NCBI GenBank assembly: GCA_045654105.1
Contig: JAZOMR010000023.1
Location: forward strand, 1-56,303
Direction of reading: 5' to 3'
Length of the DNA: 56,303 nt
Origin: Faecalimonas sp.
GTDB lineage: Bacteria > Bacillota > Clostridia > Lachnospirales > Lachnospiraceae
The position numbers were made by a program, and so were the translations under genes. The notes beneath the pieces were generated by a model, which saw only the letters and a program-made list of their open reading frames with translations, had not been told where the DNA came from and did not search any database. Below are positions 38,346-47,013 of the stretch, piece after piece. How positions within the stretch are numbered: the stretch's first letter is position 1; each line of letters begins with the position of its first letter.

Positions 38346-39824
38346 ATGGCTCTTTCAAATGCACAACTGTTAATGCTAGACAATTTAATATATACAAAAT
38401 ATGTTTCAAATGGAAAGCAAGTGAAAGATATTATTCTCGATATAGAAAACAATGATTACCAAGTAAATGCTTGTGAAATGACTCCATCAGAATGGAAAGA
38501 ATTAGTAGAAATGATTAAACAAGAACCTACGCTGATGGAATACACAGTTACTAATTATAAAAACGATAAAGAAACTGGTATGCGCGCGGCATGTTTTGTG
38601 GATAATGAAAGTAATCCAAGTGACGTAAATGTAGTCTTTCGGGGAACCAGCGGTGACTATGAATGGCATGACAATGGCGAGGGAGGTTATCTTACAGATA
38701 CTAATCAGCAAAAAATGGCTGCAGAATATGTAAATAACTTACCCAAGGAATACGGAAACAATATGACAGTTACCGGACATTCAAAGGGAGGAAATAAAGC
38801 CCAGTATGTTACGATTGTTACAGATAGAATTGCTAAATGTGTTTCCTATGACGGGCAAGGATTTTCTGAGGAGTTTATAGAAAAGTACAAAGACGAGATA
38901 GCAAAAAAATCACAGAGTATTATCTCTATTTCTGCAAGCGAAGACTTTGTAAATTGCCTTTTATATCCAATTGCTGGAACGCGCATTTATATTGAGACCG
39001 AAGAACAAAGCAATTTTAAATATAATCATAAACCAAATATATTGTTTGATAAGAATGGTAATTTGAGACCTCAAACCGAACAGTCCGATTTATCTAAACT
39101 CATAAATGAATATACTACTTATATGATCTCTAATTTAGAAGAGCCTGAGAGAAGTATTACGGTTGATGGGTTAATTGCCTTGTTGGAAAAAGGTGAAGAC
39201 AAAGAGAGTATTATACAGACTATATACGCCGGGGCAAATGCAATTACCCATTTGGATGATTTTGCATTTAGTTATCTTGGAGACAAATATGGATTTCCGG
39301 TTGAACTGGGTGCCACATATCTAGCTGCATTGGCATGCCCTGTTCTGTTTTTGGATGATTTAAGGGATTGTGGAAAAGACATGCTTGGTTCCGTCATTGA
39401 AGGAATGTGTGATTTTGCTGATGAAGTAAGAAGAAAGCTTGAGAAATACGGACAAAAAGCGGCGATGTATGGTAGAAAATTTGTTGATGCAGTTACTACA
39501 TTTGCAAATAAAGCGAGAGATTGGTTTGGACGTACTTTTAATTCGGGGTATAGATATGCTTCGTCCAACAGTTATTTGTGTTTAGACACGGGTTCTTTGA
39601 GAGGATATGCTAACAGACTATATAGAGTAAATCAGCGAATTGTAAATTTAGACCGGAGATTGGACGGTTTGTATACAAAAGTAGGGCTCTTTGATTTGTG
39701 GGATTTATTACAAGCTGATGCATTAACTGGGTATAGTTGGCGCCTTAATCGTTGTATAAATTATTTGAACGATACTGCATACGAGTTTGAAGCTGTAGAA
39801 CGTTCAATTTCATCGCAATTATAG
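38346..39824 (+). CDS. DUF2974/Mbeg1-like lipase effector with C-terminal WXG/LXG-like helical domain
   Basis: VVFRGT, W.DN, TGHSKGGNKA (GxSxG), DFV, H. No signal peptide. C-terminal helical hairpin ending FEAVE. Confidence 0.85.
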   Translation: MALSNAQLLMLDNLIYTKYVSNGKQVKDIILDIENNDYQVNACEMTPSEWKELVEMIKQEPTLMEYTVTNYKNDKETGMRAACFVDNESNPSDVNVVFRGTSGDYEWHDNGEGGYLTDTNQQKMAAEYVNNLPKEYGNNMTVTGHSKGGNKAQYVTIVTDRIAKCVSYDGQGFSEEFIEKYKDEIAKKSQSIISISASEDFVNCLLYPIAGTRIYIETEEQSNFKYNHKPNILFDKNGNLRPQTEQSDLSKLINEYTTYMISNLEEPERSITVDGLIALLEKGEDKESIIQTIYAGANAITHLDDFAFSYLGDKYGFPVELGATYLAALACPVLFLDDLRDCGKDMLGSVIEGMCDFADEVRRKLEKYGQKAAMYGRKFVDAVTTFANKARDWFGRTFNSGYRYASSNSYLCLDTGSLRGYANRLYRVNQRIVNLDRRLDGLYTKVGLFDLWDLLQADALTGYSWRLNRCINYLNDTAYEFEAVERSISSQL

Positions 39825-39835
39825 GGGGTGACAAG

Positions 39836-40087
39836 ATGGATGCTAATGCACAATATGAATTATATCTCATTAAAAGAGAATTACAGGGAATCATAAACGA
39901 GCTTAATGATATCGCTTACGGAGTCAATCGAGATTTTACAAATATCGGTGAGGAAAAGTGCGCAGACTGTATTCGTCGAGTTGCAGATAAGTATAGTTTT
40001 GTAAGACGAAAATTAGATAACATTGATACTAATAGGGTAACGGATGAATATGCAGCAGCTCATGGTGGCGGAGGCGGCGCTTTTTAA
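39836..40087 (+). CDS. Small helical WXG100-like partner protein
   Basis: 83 aa helix-turn-helix between the lipase and the WXG100 genes. Confidence 0.6.
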   Translation: MDANAQYELYLIKRELQGIINELNDIAYGVNRDFTNIGEEKCADCIRRVADKYSFVRRKLDNIDTNRVTDEYAAAHGGGGGAF

Positions 40088-40108
40088 AAAAAGAAGGGAG
40101 GATATTGC

Positions 40109-40408
40109 ATGGCAATAAAAATTAATACCGGAGCTGTAAGTACAGCAGCAACACAAATTGCAAAAATCAATCAAAATATTAATAATGATTTTTCTATGGT
40201 AGAGTCGGCAATGAACACTCTCAATCGCAGTTGGGATGGCGGCGCTTCTGACAATGCTATTAGAAAATACCAAAATATTAAAAATAATTACTATCAAAAT
40301 CGTTATGATGTGATACAACATCTGGTAAATTTTATGCGAAAACAGGCAGGCGAAGGATACGAGAAGACAGAGCAGACAATACAATCTGCCGCTGCGGCTT
40401 TTAAATAG
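40109..40408 (+). CDS. WXG100 family protein
   Basis: 99 aa, WDG, YEKTE. Confidence 0.88.
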   Translation: MAIKINTGAVSTAATQIAKINQNINNDFSMVESAMNTLNRSWDGGASDNAIRKYQNIKNNYYQNRYDVIQHLVNFMRKQAGEGYEKTEQTIQSAAAAFK

Positions 40409-40418
40409 GAGGTGCACA

Positions 40419-40730
40419 ATGGCTTATATAAGAGTTGATCATAGACAATTAGAAAATACCGCATCTACTATAGATTCATATATTGCAAAGCATAAAAAGA
40501 AGATGCAGACAATTGACCAATCTTTGGATTCATTGAATGCACAATGGCAAGGTACTGACTTCACTCAATTACAAAGAGAATGGCGTCAAATGAACGCATC
40601 AGATTCTACATCTTCAAGGATGATAAATTCATTGGATAATTATGCGGATTTTTTGCGATTTTCAGCAAATAAATATAAATCTGCGCAAGCAAACGCGATA
40701 AATGCGGCAGGCAGATTACCAAGATATTAA
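40419..40730 (+). CDS. WXG100 family protein
   Basis: 103 aa, IRVD..QL, WQG. Confidence 0.88.
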   Translation: MAYIRVDHRQLENTASTIDSYIAKHKKKMQTIDQSLDSLNAQWQGTDFTQLQREWRQMNASDSTSSRMINSLDNYADFLRFSANKYKSAQANAINAAGRLPRY

Positions 40731-40741
40731 AAACACAAAAC

Positions 40742-40772
40742 AAAGGAATTTGCAACAAATGCAAATTCCTTT
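40742..40772. terminator. Terminator ending the T7SS locus
   Basis: aaaggaatttgca-acaaa-tgcaaattccttt. Confidence 0.8.
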
Positions 40773-40777
40773 AATAT

Positions 40778-40807
40778 TTGACGAAAAGATATAAATCTAT
40801 ATATTAT
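40778..40807 (+). promoter_or_regulatory. Putative sigma-A promoter for the macro gene
   Basis: TTGACG-18 bp-TATTAT. Confidence 0.5.
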
Positions 40808-40842
40808 ATAAAAAGTATAAGACTTTGACAGGAGGAGTTTTT

Positions 40843-41877
40843 ATGCCAATCCAAATTATTAGAAATGATATAACGAAGATAAAATGCGATGCCATTGTAA
40901 ATGCTGCAAACACTACCCTTCTTGGTGGTGGAGGTGTGGACGGCGCAATACATAAAGCGGCTGGCAAGGGTCTTCTTTTAGAGTGTATGTCGCTTGGAGG
41001 ATGCAAAATCGGGCAGGCAAAGATTACAAACGCTTATAATCTTCCTTGTCGCCATGTAATTCATACAGTGGGACCGAGATGGAAAGATGGTCAAAGTGGG
41101 GAAAAGCTACTCCTAGAGAGTTGTTATAAAGAGTCCCTACAACTTGCAGTGGAGAATAATTGTGAATCGATAGCATTCCCGCTAATATCTAGCGGAGCTT
41201 ATGCTTATCCGAAGGACCAGGCCTTAAGGATTGCTGTGGATACAATTACTTCTTTCTTAATTAATCACGATATGCTTGTGTATATAGTTGTATTTGATAA
41301 ATCTGCATTTCAAATTAGTGAGAAGCTGTTTGCGGACATTGCATCTTACATTGACGATAAATATGTGGACACACATTTTATTTTTAATCGTTCGCTTAGA
41401 GATAGTTATGGAGAAAGTACAGTATTAGCAGAAACTCAAATTTTCCATGAAGATCGAGATGTGCGTGCATTGAAAGCGCCATGTTCTCCATCAATAGCAA
41501 TGCCAAAGGCTGTGTCGCTTGAAGATGCAGTTAATCAAATTGATGAGAGTTTTTCGCAGATGCTTCTACGAAAGATTGACGAAAAAGGAATGACAGATAC
41601 TCAGTGTTACAAGAAGGCTAATGTTGATAGAAAATTATTCTCTAAAATTCGAGGAGATATTCACTATCGACCAAGTAAGTCAACGGCAATTGCTTTTGCA
41701 ATCGCATTAGAACTGAGTTTGGATGAAACAAAGGATATGTTGATGAAAGCGGGATTTGCTCTATCGCATAGTAATAAGTTTGATATTATTGTTGAGTATT
41801 TCATTAACCATGAAAATTATAATGTATTTGAAATAAATGAGGCCTTGTTTGCTTTTGACCAAAACTTGTTAGGATAA
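40843..41877 (+). CDS. Macro domain (YmdB/MacroD-like) protein with C-terminal HTH-like domain
   Basis: DIT...DAIVNAAN..LLGGGGVDGAIHKAAG, VIHTVGP, SIAFPLISSG. C-terminal YKKANVDRKLFSKIR helical domain. Confidence 0.9.
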   Translation: MPIQIIRNDITKIKCDAIVNAANTTLLGGGGVDGAIHKAAGKGLLLECMSLGGCKIGQAKITNAYNLPCRHVIHTVGPRWKDGQSGEKLLLESCYKESLQLAVENNCESIAFPLISSGAYAYPKDQALRIAVDTITSFLINHDMLVYIVVFDKSAFQISEKLFADIASYIDDKYVDTHFIFNRSLRDSYGESTVLAETQIFHEDRDVRALKAPCSPSIAMPKAVSLEDAVNQIDESFSQMLLRKIDEKGMTDTQCYKKANVDRKLFSKIRGDIHYRPSKSTAIAFAIALELSLDETKDMLMKAGFALSHSNKFDIIVEYFINHENYNVFEINEALFAFDQNLLG

Positions 41878-41883
41878 CAAATT

Positions 41884-41900
41884 GTCGCTTTGTATGCGAC
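41884..41900. promoter_or_regulatory. GTCGC-N7-GCGAC palindrome upstream of the vWA gene, candidate operator
   Basis: gtcgc-tttgtat-gcgac in an AT-rich intergenic region. Confidence 0.45.
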
Positions 41901-41972
41901 CACATTCTGAACTGACTGAATTACAATAAAACCATAAATTAAAAAAATATTGAATTTATGGAGGTAATTCAA

Positions 41973-42629
41973 ATGAAAACAAAAAACAACGTTACAGAAT
42001 TAGTATTTATTTTAGACCGTAGTGGTTCTATGTCGGGGCTGGAGGGTGACACAATTGGTGGATTTAATGCTATGATTGAGAAACAAAAGAAGGAGGAGGG
42101 AGAGGCATATGTCTCGACTATTCTTTTTGACAACAGGAGTCAGGTCCTTCATGACCGTATTAAACTTTGTGATGTCCCGGCAATGACAGACAAAGACTAT
42201 ACTGTTCAAGGATGTACAGCCTTAATCGATGCCATTGGTGGAGCCATTCGTCATATTGGAAATATTCATAAATATGCACGGCCAGAGGACGTTCCTGCAC
42301 ATACAATGTTTATTATTACAACTGACGGCCAGGAAAACGCTAGTTGTCAATATAGTAGCACTAAAGTAAAAGAGATGATTGAGCGTCAAAAAACAAAGTA
42401 TGGGTGGGAGTTTTTGTTTATAGGTGCTAATATTGATGCAGTAGAAACTGCCGCTAGTTTTGGAATAGATAAGAATCGTGCAGTAAATTATAATGCGGAT
42501 AAAAAAGGCACGCAAGTTTTATACGCAACATTATCGGCACCAATTAGCGCACTGCGAAACAATCAAGAAATTTGTGATAATTGGAGTGGCCAAATTAAGG
42601 AAGATTACGACAAAAGAAAGTCAAATTGA
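41973..42629 (+). CDS. vWA domain protein
   Basis: MIDAS DRSGSM, TALIDAIG, ITTDGQENAS. GGAGG RBS. Confidence 0.9.
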   Translation: MKTKNNVTELVFILDRSGSMSGLEGDTIGGFNAMIEKQKKEEGEAYVSTILFDNRSQVLHDRIKLCDVPAMTDKDYTVQGCTALIDAIGGAIRHIGNIHKYARPEDVPAHTMFIITTDGQENASCQYSSTKVKEMIERQKTKYGWEFLFIGANIDAVETAASFGIDKNRAVNYNADKKGTQVLYATLSAPISALRNNQEICDNWSGQIKEDYDKRKSN

Positions 42630-42651
42630 TAATGAGAAGAAACAAAATAAT

Positions 42652-42685
42652 CAGCCAGCATGTTCTATTTACATCATGCTGGCTG
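42652..42685. terminator. Hairpin between convergent genes
   Basis: cagccagcatg...catgctggctg. Confidence 0.65.
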
Positions 42686-42772
42686 TGTATAACACAATTT
42701 TAAGGTAAGGTTCATTGGTAGACCATTTTGCTCGAGTCTCTCCACTTCTCTTGATACAGAAGTGCAAATCCA

Positions 42773-43387
42773 TTATTTCTTAGAATCTTCTTCATCAACC
42801 CATTTTATATTATATTTTGTATTCGACAATTCGGCTAATTGATTAATATAATTTTCGATTAAGTCTTGTGCTCGACTTTGAGCGTTGAGAAGAAGTTGAG
42901 GATTATTTTTAACACTTTCTGCCATGGTGGATTGGGCGTTATTTATAGCCTTCGTTTGGTCTTCTGCTGTAATTTTGTTTGAATTAACACCGTCGGCAGA
43001 AGCGATATAGGAACCCTCGTTTAAGTCATCTTCTTCAATATCGATACTAAGTAGTTTCGCATTTGGCAAGAACACAGTAACGGTATCTCCTTCAATTTGC
43101 ATATCAACTTTAGACATATCGATGCCAATTTTTGCGATTCCGGTATATTCAATCCAAAATTTACGGTCAACTTCGCCGACATGAGAAATCCCACTTCCGG
43201 CAGTTTTCGTAGACTTCGCAACATTGTGGTAGTAACATTCTAATGTGGCTAGATTACAAATAGATCTTATTTGTGTGATATCAGGCTCTTTTTTTACTGA
43301 ATTACTGTTTTTCGGGGCGCAACCGAACGTGCCACAAGAAAGTAATACGCAGAGTAAAATCAATGTAATTTTTTTCATAATCATCAT
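42773..43387 (-). CDS. DUF4230-like lipoprotein
   Basis: Lipobox FGC; LATLECYY, YTGIAKIGIDMS, V.LP.AK. Confidence 0.75.
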   Translation of the reverse strand: MMIMKKITLILLCVLLSCGTFGCAPKNSNSVKKEPDITQIRSICNLATLECYYHNVAKSTKTAGSGISHVGEVDRKFWIEYTGIAKIGIDMSKVDMQIEGDTVTVFLPNAKLLSIDIEEDDLNEGSYIASADGVNSNKITAEDQTKAINNAQSTMAESVKNNPQLLLNAQSRAQDLIENYINQLAELSNTKYNIKWVDEEDSKK

Positions 43388-43394
43388 CCCCCTA

Positions 43395-44072
43395 TTACTT
43401 AATTTCTACGATGAAGTCGCTGTCGACAGTTTCGATCCATGGCTTAAATAGTGCTTCGACAGAAGAAATTGCGTTTTCCTTTGCCGTTGTGTATAGAAGT
43501 TCCTCTTGTTCAATACGTTTTTCTAAATCATTTTTACACAGTTTGTATGCTTCTTGGGAGATTGTTTCTGTTTCATATTTATCCTTTGTAAATATGTAAT
43601 CCATTGTTCCCATATCTACGCGAACGCCCTGGATTTCTACTTCTGGAACAACAATAGTGATTTTCTTTTCGTCTTCATTGATATCAATTTTGATTTCATG
43701 GAAATCTATTCCGGCCGTAACTGTACCCTCATATGCGACATGATATTTAATATCCTGATTATCTTCGGAATATTGCGTCACAGTTGCATTATAAGTATAA
43801 TCAACAGTAGAGAGTTCATTTATTTCAATTATTTTCTGTAGGGATGCCTTTGAGATAGTAGTAAGTTGCCCTTCTTTATTTTGTGCATTCAGAATAAAGC
43901 AGACACCCCCGACTATAATAATGGAACTCAGAATAATGATGATTTTTGTCTGTAATCTCATACGCTTGAAAAAACCATGAGTCTTTTCTTTTCGCATTTT
44001 TTTGCGTTCTTCTTTCTGCTTTGCCTTATATGCTTGTTTTTCTTCTTTAGACATTTTTTCTTTGGTGTGCAT
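43395..44072 (-). CDS. DUF4230-like membrane protein
   Basis: TM; ELSTVDYTY, YEGTVTAGIDF, AKENA. Confidence 0.75.
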   Translation of the reverse strand: MHTKEKMSKEEKQAYKAKQKEERKKMRKEKTHGFFKRMRLQTKIIIILSSIIIVGGVCFILNAQNKEGQLTTISKASLQKIIEINELSTVDYTYNATVTQYSEDNQDIKYHVAYEGTVTAGIDFHEIKIDINEDEKKITIVVPEVEIQGVRVDMGTMDYIFTKDKYETETISQEAYKLCKNDLEKRIEQEELLYTTAKENAISSVEALFKPWIETVDSDFIVEIK

Positions 44073-44139
44073 GTTTTTCCCTCCTGTTATTTATTTCAAT
44101 ATAAGGACATGTATTTTTCGCGAATCGCAATATAATAGC

Positions 44140-44164
44140 AAAAAGGATGAGATGCTCTCATCCT
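44140..44164 (-). terminator. Intrinsic terminator
   Basis: aggatgaga-tgc-tctcatcct with an A run on the left. Confidence 0.65.
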
Positions 44165-44216
44165 CGTTTTAGTGTTAAAGAATAGCATACCTGACCTCAT
44201 ATAATATAAATAGAAT

Positions 44217-44507
44217 TTACAATAGTTGTTTGGCATTATAGGTATCTAGCAACCATTTTATTTCATCCATCACAGCATCGATCTGCTTCTTATCAAATTT
44301 ACAGTTTTCTAATGCCTTTTTGCAATATCCCTTTAATATATCATTAAAAGCTCCGGTGCTAAAAATAGCGCAGATTTCATCGTCTGTTTTATTGTTAAGT
44401 GTTTTCATCGCGTTTATAGAGCATTTCATTGCGTCTACATCGCATCTATCAGGTTTCTTTGCCAATATATCTTCATAACTTTGAATCATTAAATCGTAAT
44501 TTGCCAT
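44217..44507 (-). CDS. Hypothetical protein, 96 aa
   Basis: AGGAG RBS; F.TGAFNDI.KGY motif. Confidence 0.7.
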   Translation of the reverse strand: MANYDLMIQSYEDILAKKPDRCDVDAMKCSINAMKTLNNKTDDEICAIFSTGAFNDILKGYCKKALENCKFDKKQIDAVMDEIKWLLDTYNAKQLL

Positions 44508-44527
44508 TATACTCGTCTCCCTACATA

Positions 44528-44770
44528 CTATCTTCCGTTTAATTTTTCTTGTTCTTCGAAAGCTGATAAAGAAATTTCGTAGTCATCGCAACCACGAGGG
44601 AACATTCGCTGGGCTTCTTCCATAGGCATTCCGTATGTAGAGTCGCCGTTATCCTTTCTTTTTCCTGAGCCCATGCATACAACGCCCGCATTCATTACAC
44701 AGGTATCACACGATTTTTCAACAAGTATATCGCCTGGCTCCGCCTTCATCTGTCTTAGTAAGTCGCTCAT
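44528..44770 (-). CDS. Small Cys-rich hypothetical protein
   Basis: GGAGG RBS before ATG at 44770; CDTC..C..C. Confidence 0.65.
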   Translation of the reverse strand: MSDLLRQMKAEPGDILVEKSCDTCVMNAGVVCMGSGKRKDNGDSTYGMPMEEAQRMFPRGCDDYEISLSAFEEQEKLNGR

Positions 44771-44789
44771 TTTGTATTTCCTCCGTTGT

Positions 44790-45041
44790 CTAGTGTAAGT
44801 GGTTATAAGGATTATAATGTGTTTTTGCTGTAGCAGAAGCAATCGTAGCTTCAGCTTCCAGTTGCGAAGAAAAGATACGATACTTTTTCAGTCATATCAT
44901 ACCGTTTGTATCAGGAAAGCGAAGAGTATAAAACCCACCGCTGATAGACACGATGGTAGCAGGCGATACGATGCGTCCACTTTTTACTATATAACAAGTA
45001 TCTCCTACTTTTAATGGTTTACTATTTTCCATAATAATCAC
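44790..45041 (-). pseudogene. Small gene interrupted by an in-frame TGA (44892-44894)
   Basis: LKVGDTCYIV...NGMI*LKKYRIFSSQLEAEA...HLH*. The frame continues 33 codons past the TGA to a TAG next to the following gene's RBS. Confidence 0.6.
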
Positions 45042-45373
45042 GCTATATCCTTTCTGACAGTATATCACATATTTGTTAGAAATGTTAGATAGAAAATTCA
45101 AGACAGATTTAACTGGAAGAATCTTGACGACGACATTTATGACTTAGAAAAAAATAACGAAAATTCTCTTGTATACAAGGAGGAATTTGGTAAGTTTATA
45201 AAAATGACCCTTACGATACTTATGATGTGAAATTGGGCTATGCTTATCGATTCAAAGCAAAACCATAAGGAAATCCAACTGTATGCGAGGATTATGATAA
45301 AAACACATAGAATAAGAGTCGGTCGCCCCTCTTTATTAGCTCTCTAATGCAAGATAATGAAAAAAAATTGCAC

Positions 45374-45407
45374 ATAGACAGATTATGTCCATATACTTTG
45401 GTATAAC
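45374..45407 (+). promoter_or_regulatory. Palindrome ATAGACA-N5-TGTCCAT over the -35 position of an extended -10 promoter
   Basis: Palindrome 45374-45392; TG-g-TATAAC at 45399-45407; no consensus -35. Confidence 0.5.
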
Positions 45408-45461
45408 ATAAGTGTAGCGTTCAAATCGATTTGTAAAATATGATGTAATGGAGGACAAAAA

Positions 45462-46550
45462 ATGGATAATCAACAAATGAATTTAGGCGAACATCAAAAT
45501 GTAATATCTTCAGGTGTTCAGGAAGGAGAAAACAAACAGGAGAAGTCAGAGAATATGAAAGAAGAAAAGAAAAACATCTACATCTTACTTGAGGAAGAAA
45601 TTACTGCTCTTAATATTCCGGACAGTGAAAAGGTAAAACGTTTGTCGAGACTGATTAAAGTAAGAAACCAGAAAGTGAACATTATGCTTACGGGCGCTAC
45701 TGGCGCGGGTAAAAGTTCGACAATCAATGCATTGTTTAATATGGAAATTGCAAAAGTAGGAGTAGGTGTGGACCCGGAAACAGAAAACATAGAAAAATTC
45801 GAGTTGGATAATTTGACTATTTGGGATACACCGGGTCTTGGAGATGGTATGGAAAACGATGAGCGCATTCGCCGAGCCATTATTAACAAATTAAATGAAT
45901 TAGATGCGGAAGGAAATCCATTAATTGATTTAGTTGTAGTAATTTTGGATTCCTCTTCGAAAGACCTGGGGACATCTTACGAATTAATCAATGATATATT
46001 AATTCCATGTTTAGGTTCAGATGCAAAAGACAGAATTTTAATTGCACTTAATCAAGCCGACATGGCTATGAAAGGTACCCATTGGGATGAGGAAATGAAC
46101 GAACCGGATGAAATCCTTAAGGATTTTCTTCGTAAAAAAGCGAAATCTGTTCAGAATCGCATTGGTGAAGCAACCGGATTGAATATTAAGCCTATTTATT
46201 ATTGTGCCGGCTATAAAGAAGAGGGAGATGAGCAGCGCAAACCTTATAATCTCACAAAACTTCTTTATTATATTATCAAAGCAATTCCAAAAGAAAAAAG
46301 ACTCGCTCTTGTAGATAACATCAATGAAGGTGAAGACAACTGGATATACGACGATAATGAAGATGATTACAAGCAGAGCATCAAAAAAGGTTTTGGCGAG
46401 ACTATATGGGATTGTATAACTGATGGTGCAGATGATGGGGCATATATTGGAAGCAGCCTGCTAGGAATTCCGGGTAAACTTATCGGAGCAACAGTGGGGG
46501 CAGCAGTAGGTGCAGTAAAAGGTGTCATTTCAGCAATTTTTGTTAGATAA
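45462..46550 (+). CDS. TRAFAC GTPase (YeeP/Era-like, MMR_HSR1) with C-terminal glycine zipper
   Basis: GATGAGKSS, DTPGLGD, NQAD; C-terminal G.LIGATVGAAVGAVKG. Confidence 0.85.
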   Translation: MDNQQMNLGEHQNVISSGVQEGENKQEKSENMKEEKKNIYILLEEEITALNIPDSEKVKRLSRLIKVRNQKVNIMLTGATGAGKSSTINALFNMEIAKVGVGVDPETENIEKFELDNLTIWDTPGLGDGMENDERIRRAIINKLNELDAEGNPLIDLVVVILDSSSKDLGTSYELINDILIPCLGSDAKDRILIALNQADMAMKGTHWDEEMNEPDEILKDFLRKKAKSVQNRIGEATGLNIKPIYYCAGYKEEGDEQRKPYNLTKLLYYIIKAIPKEKRLALVDNINEGEDNWIYDDNEDDYKQSIKKGFGETIWDCITDGADDGAYIGSSLLGIPGKLIGATVGAAVGAVKGVISAIFVR

Positions 46551-46594
46551 GAAAAAAATGTTTGTTTTAGCACATTAAAGCAATAAATTTATAT

Positions 46595-46623
46595 TTGACA
46601 TTATTCGAATAATCGCCTAAAAT
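46595..46623 (+). promoter_or_regulatory. Sigma-A promoter with a palindromic operator in the spacer
   Basis: TTGACA-17 bp-TAAAAT; perfect palindrome attattcgaataat at 46600-46613. Confidence 0.75.
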
Positions 46624-46770
46624 TATATTAAGTAGTTAGTATAAAGATACAATGACCAAAGTCAATATTTTAGTAGGCAATATTCAATGTCATTCGTAGT
46701 TTTTTATGCGTGTTATAGGGCATTGTGGGTTACCACGATGCCTTTCTTTATTTCAGAAAGTGGGAATTGT

Positions 46771-46989
46771 ATGAAGGGTTATATGAAAATTGCAGAGGCC
46801 TCTGTGTTGTGGGGGATCAGTGAGCGCAGGATTAATACTTTGTGTTTGGAAGGAAGGATTAAAGGTGCAGAAAAATTTGGAAATGCATGGGCTATTCCTA
46901 AAAACACCAAAAAACCAGAGGACAAACGTATTAAAACAGGAAAATATTTTGATTACAGAAAACAAAGACAGAATCTGTCTAACCAATAA
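46771..46989 (+). CDS. Small excisionase/MerR-like HTH DNA-binding protein
   Basis: EAS.LWGISERRINTLC.EGRI.GA.K.G.AWAIP. Confidence 0.85.
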   Translation: MKGYMKIAEASVLWGISERRINTLCLEGRIKGAEKFGNAWAIPKNTKKPEDKRIKTGKYFDYRKQRQNLSNQ

Positions 46990-47013
46990 TGTATGATGAA
47001 TCTGGAGGTTTTT

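Noticed and set aside
44892-44894. TGA as selenocysteine or recoded stop
   Set aside because: No Cys/redox context and no evident SECIS hairpin; TGA is used as a normal stop elsewhere (for example at 26060).
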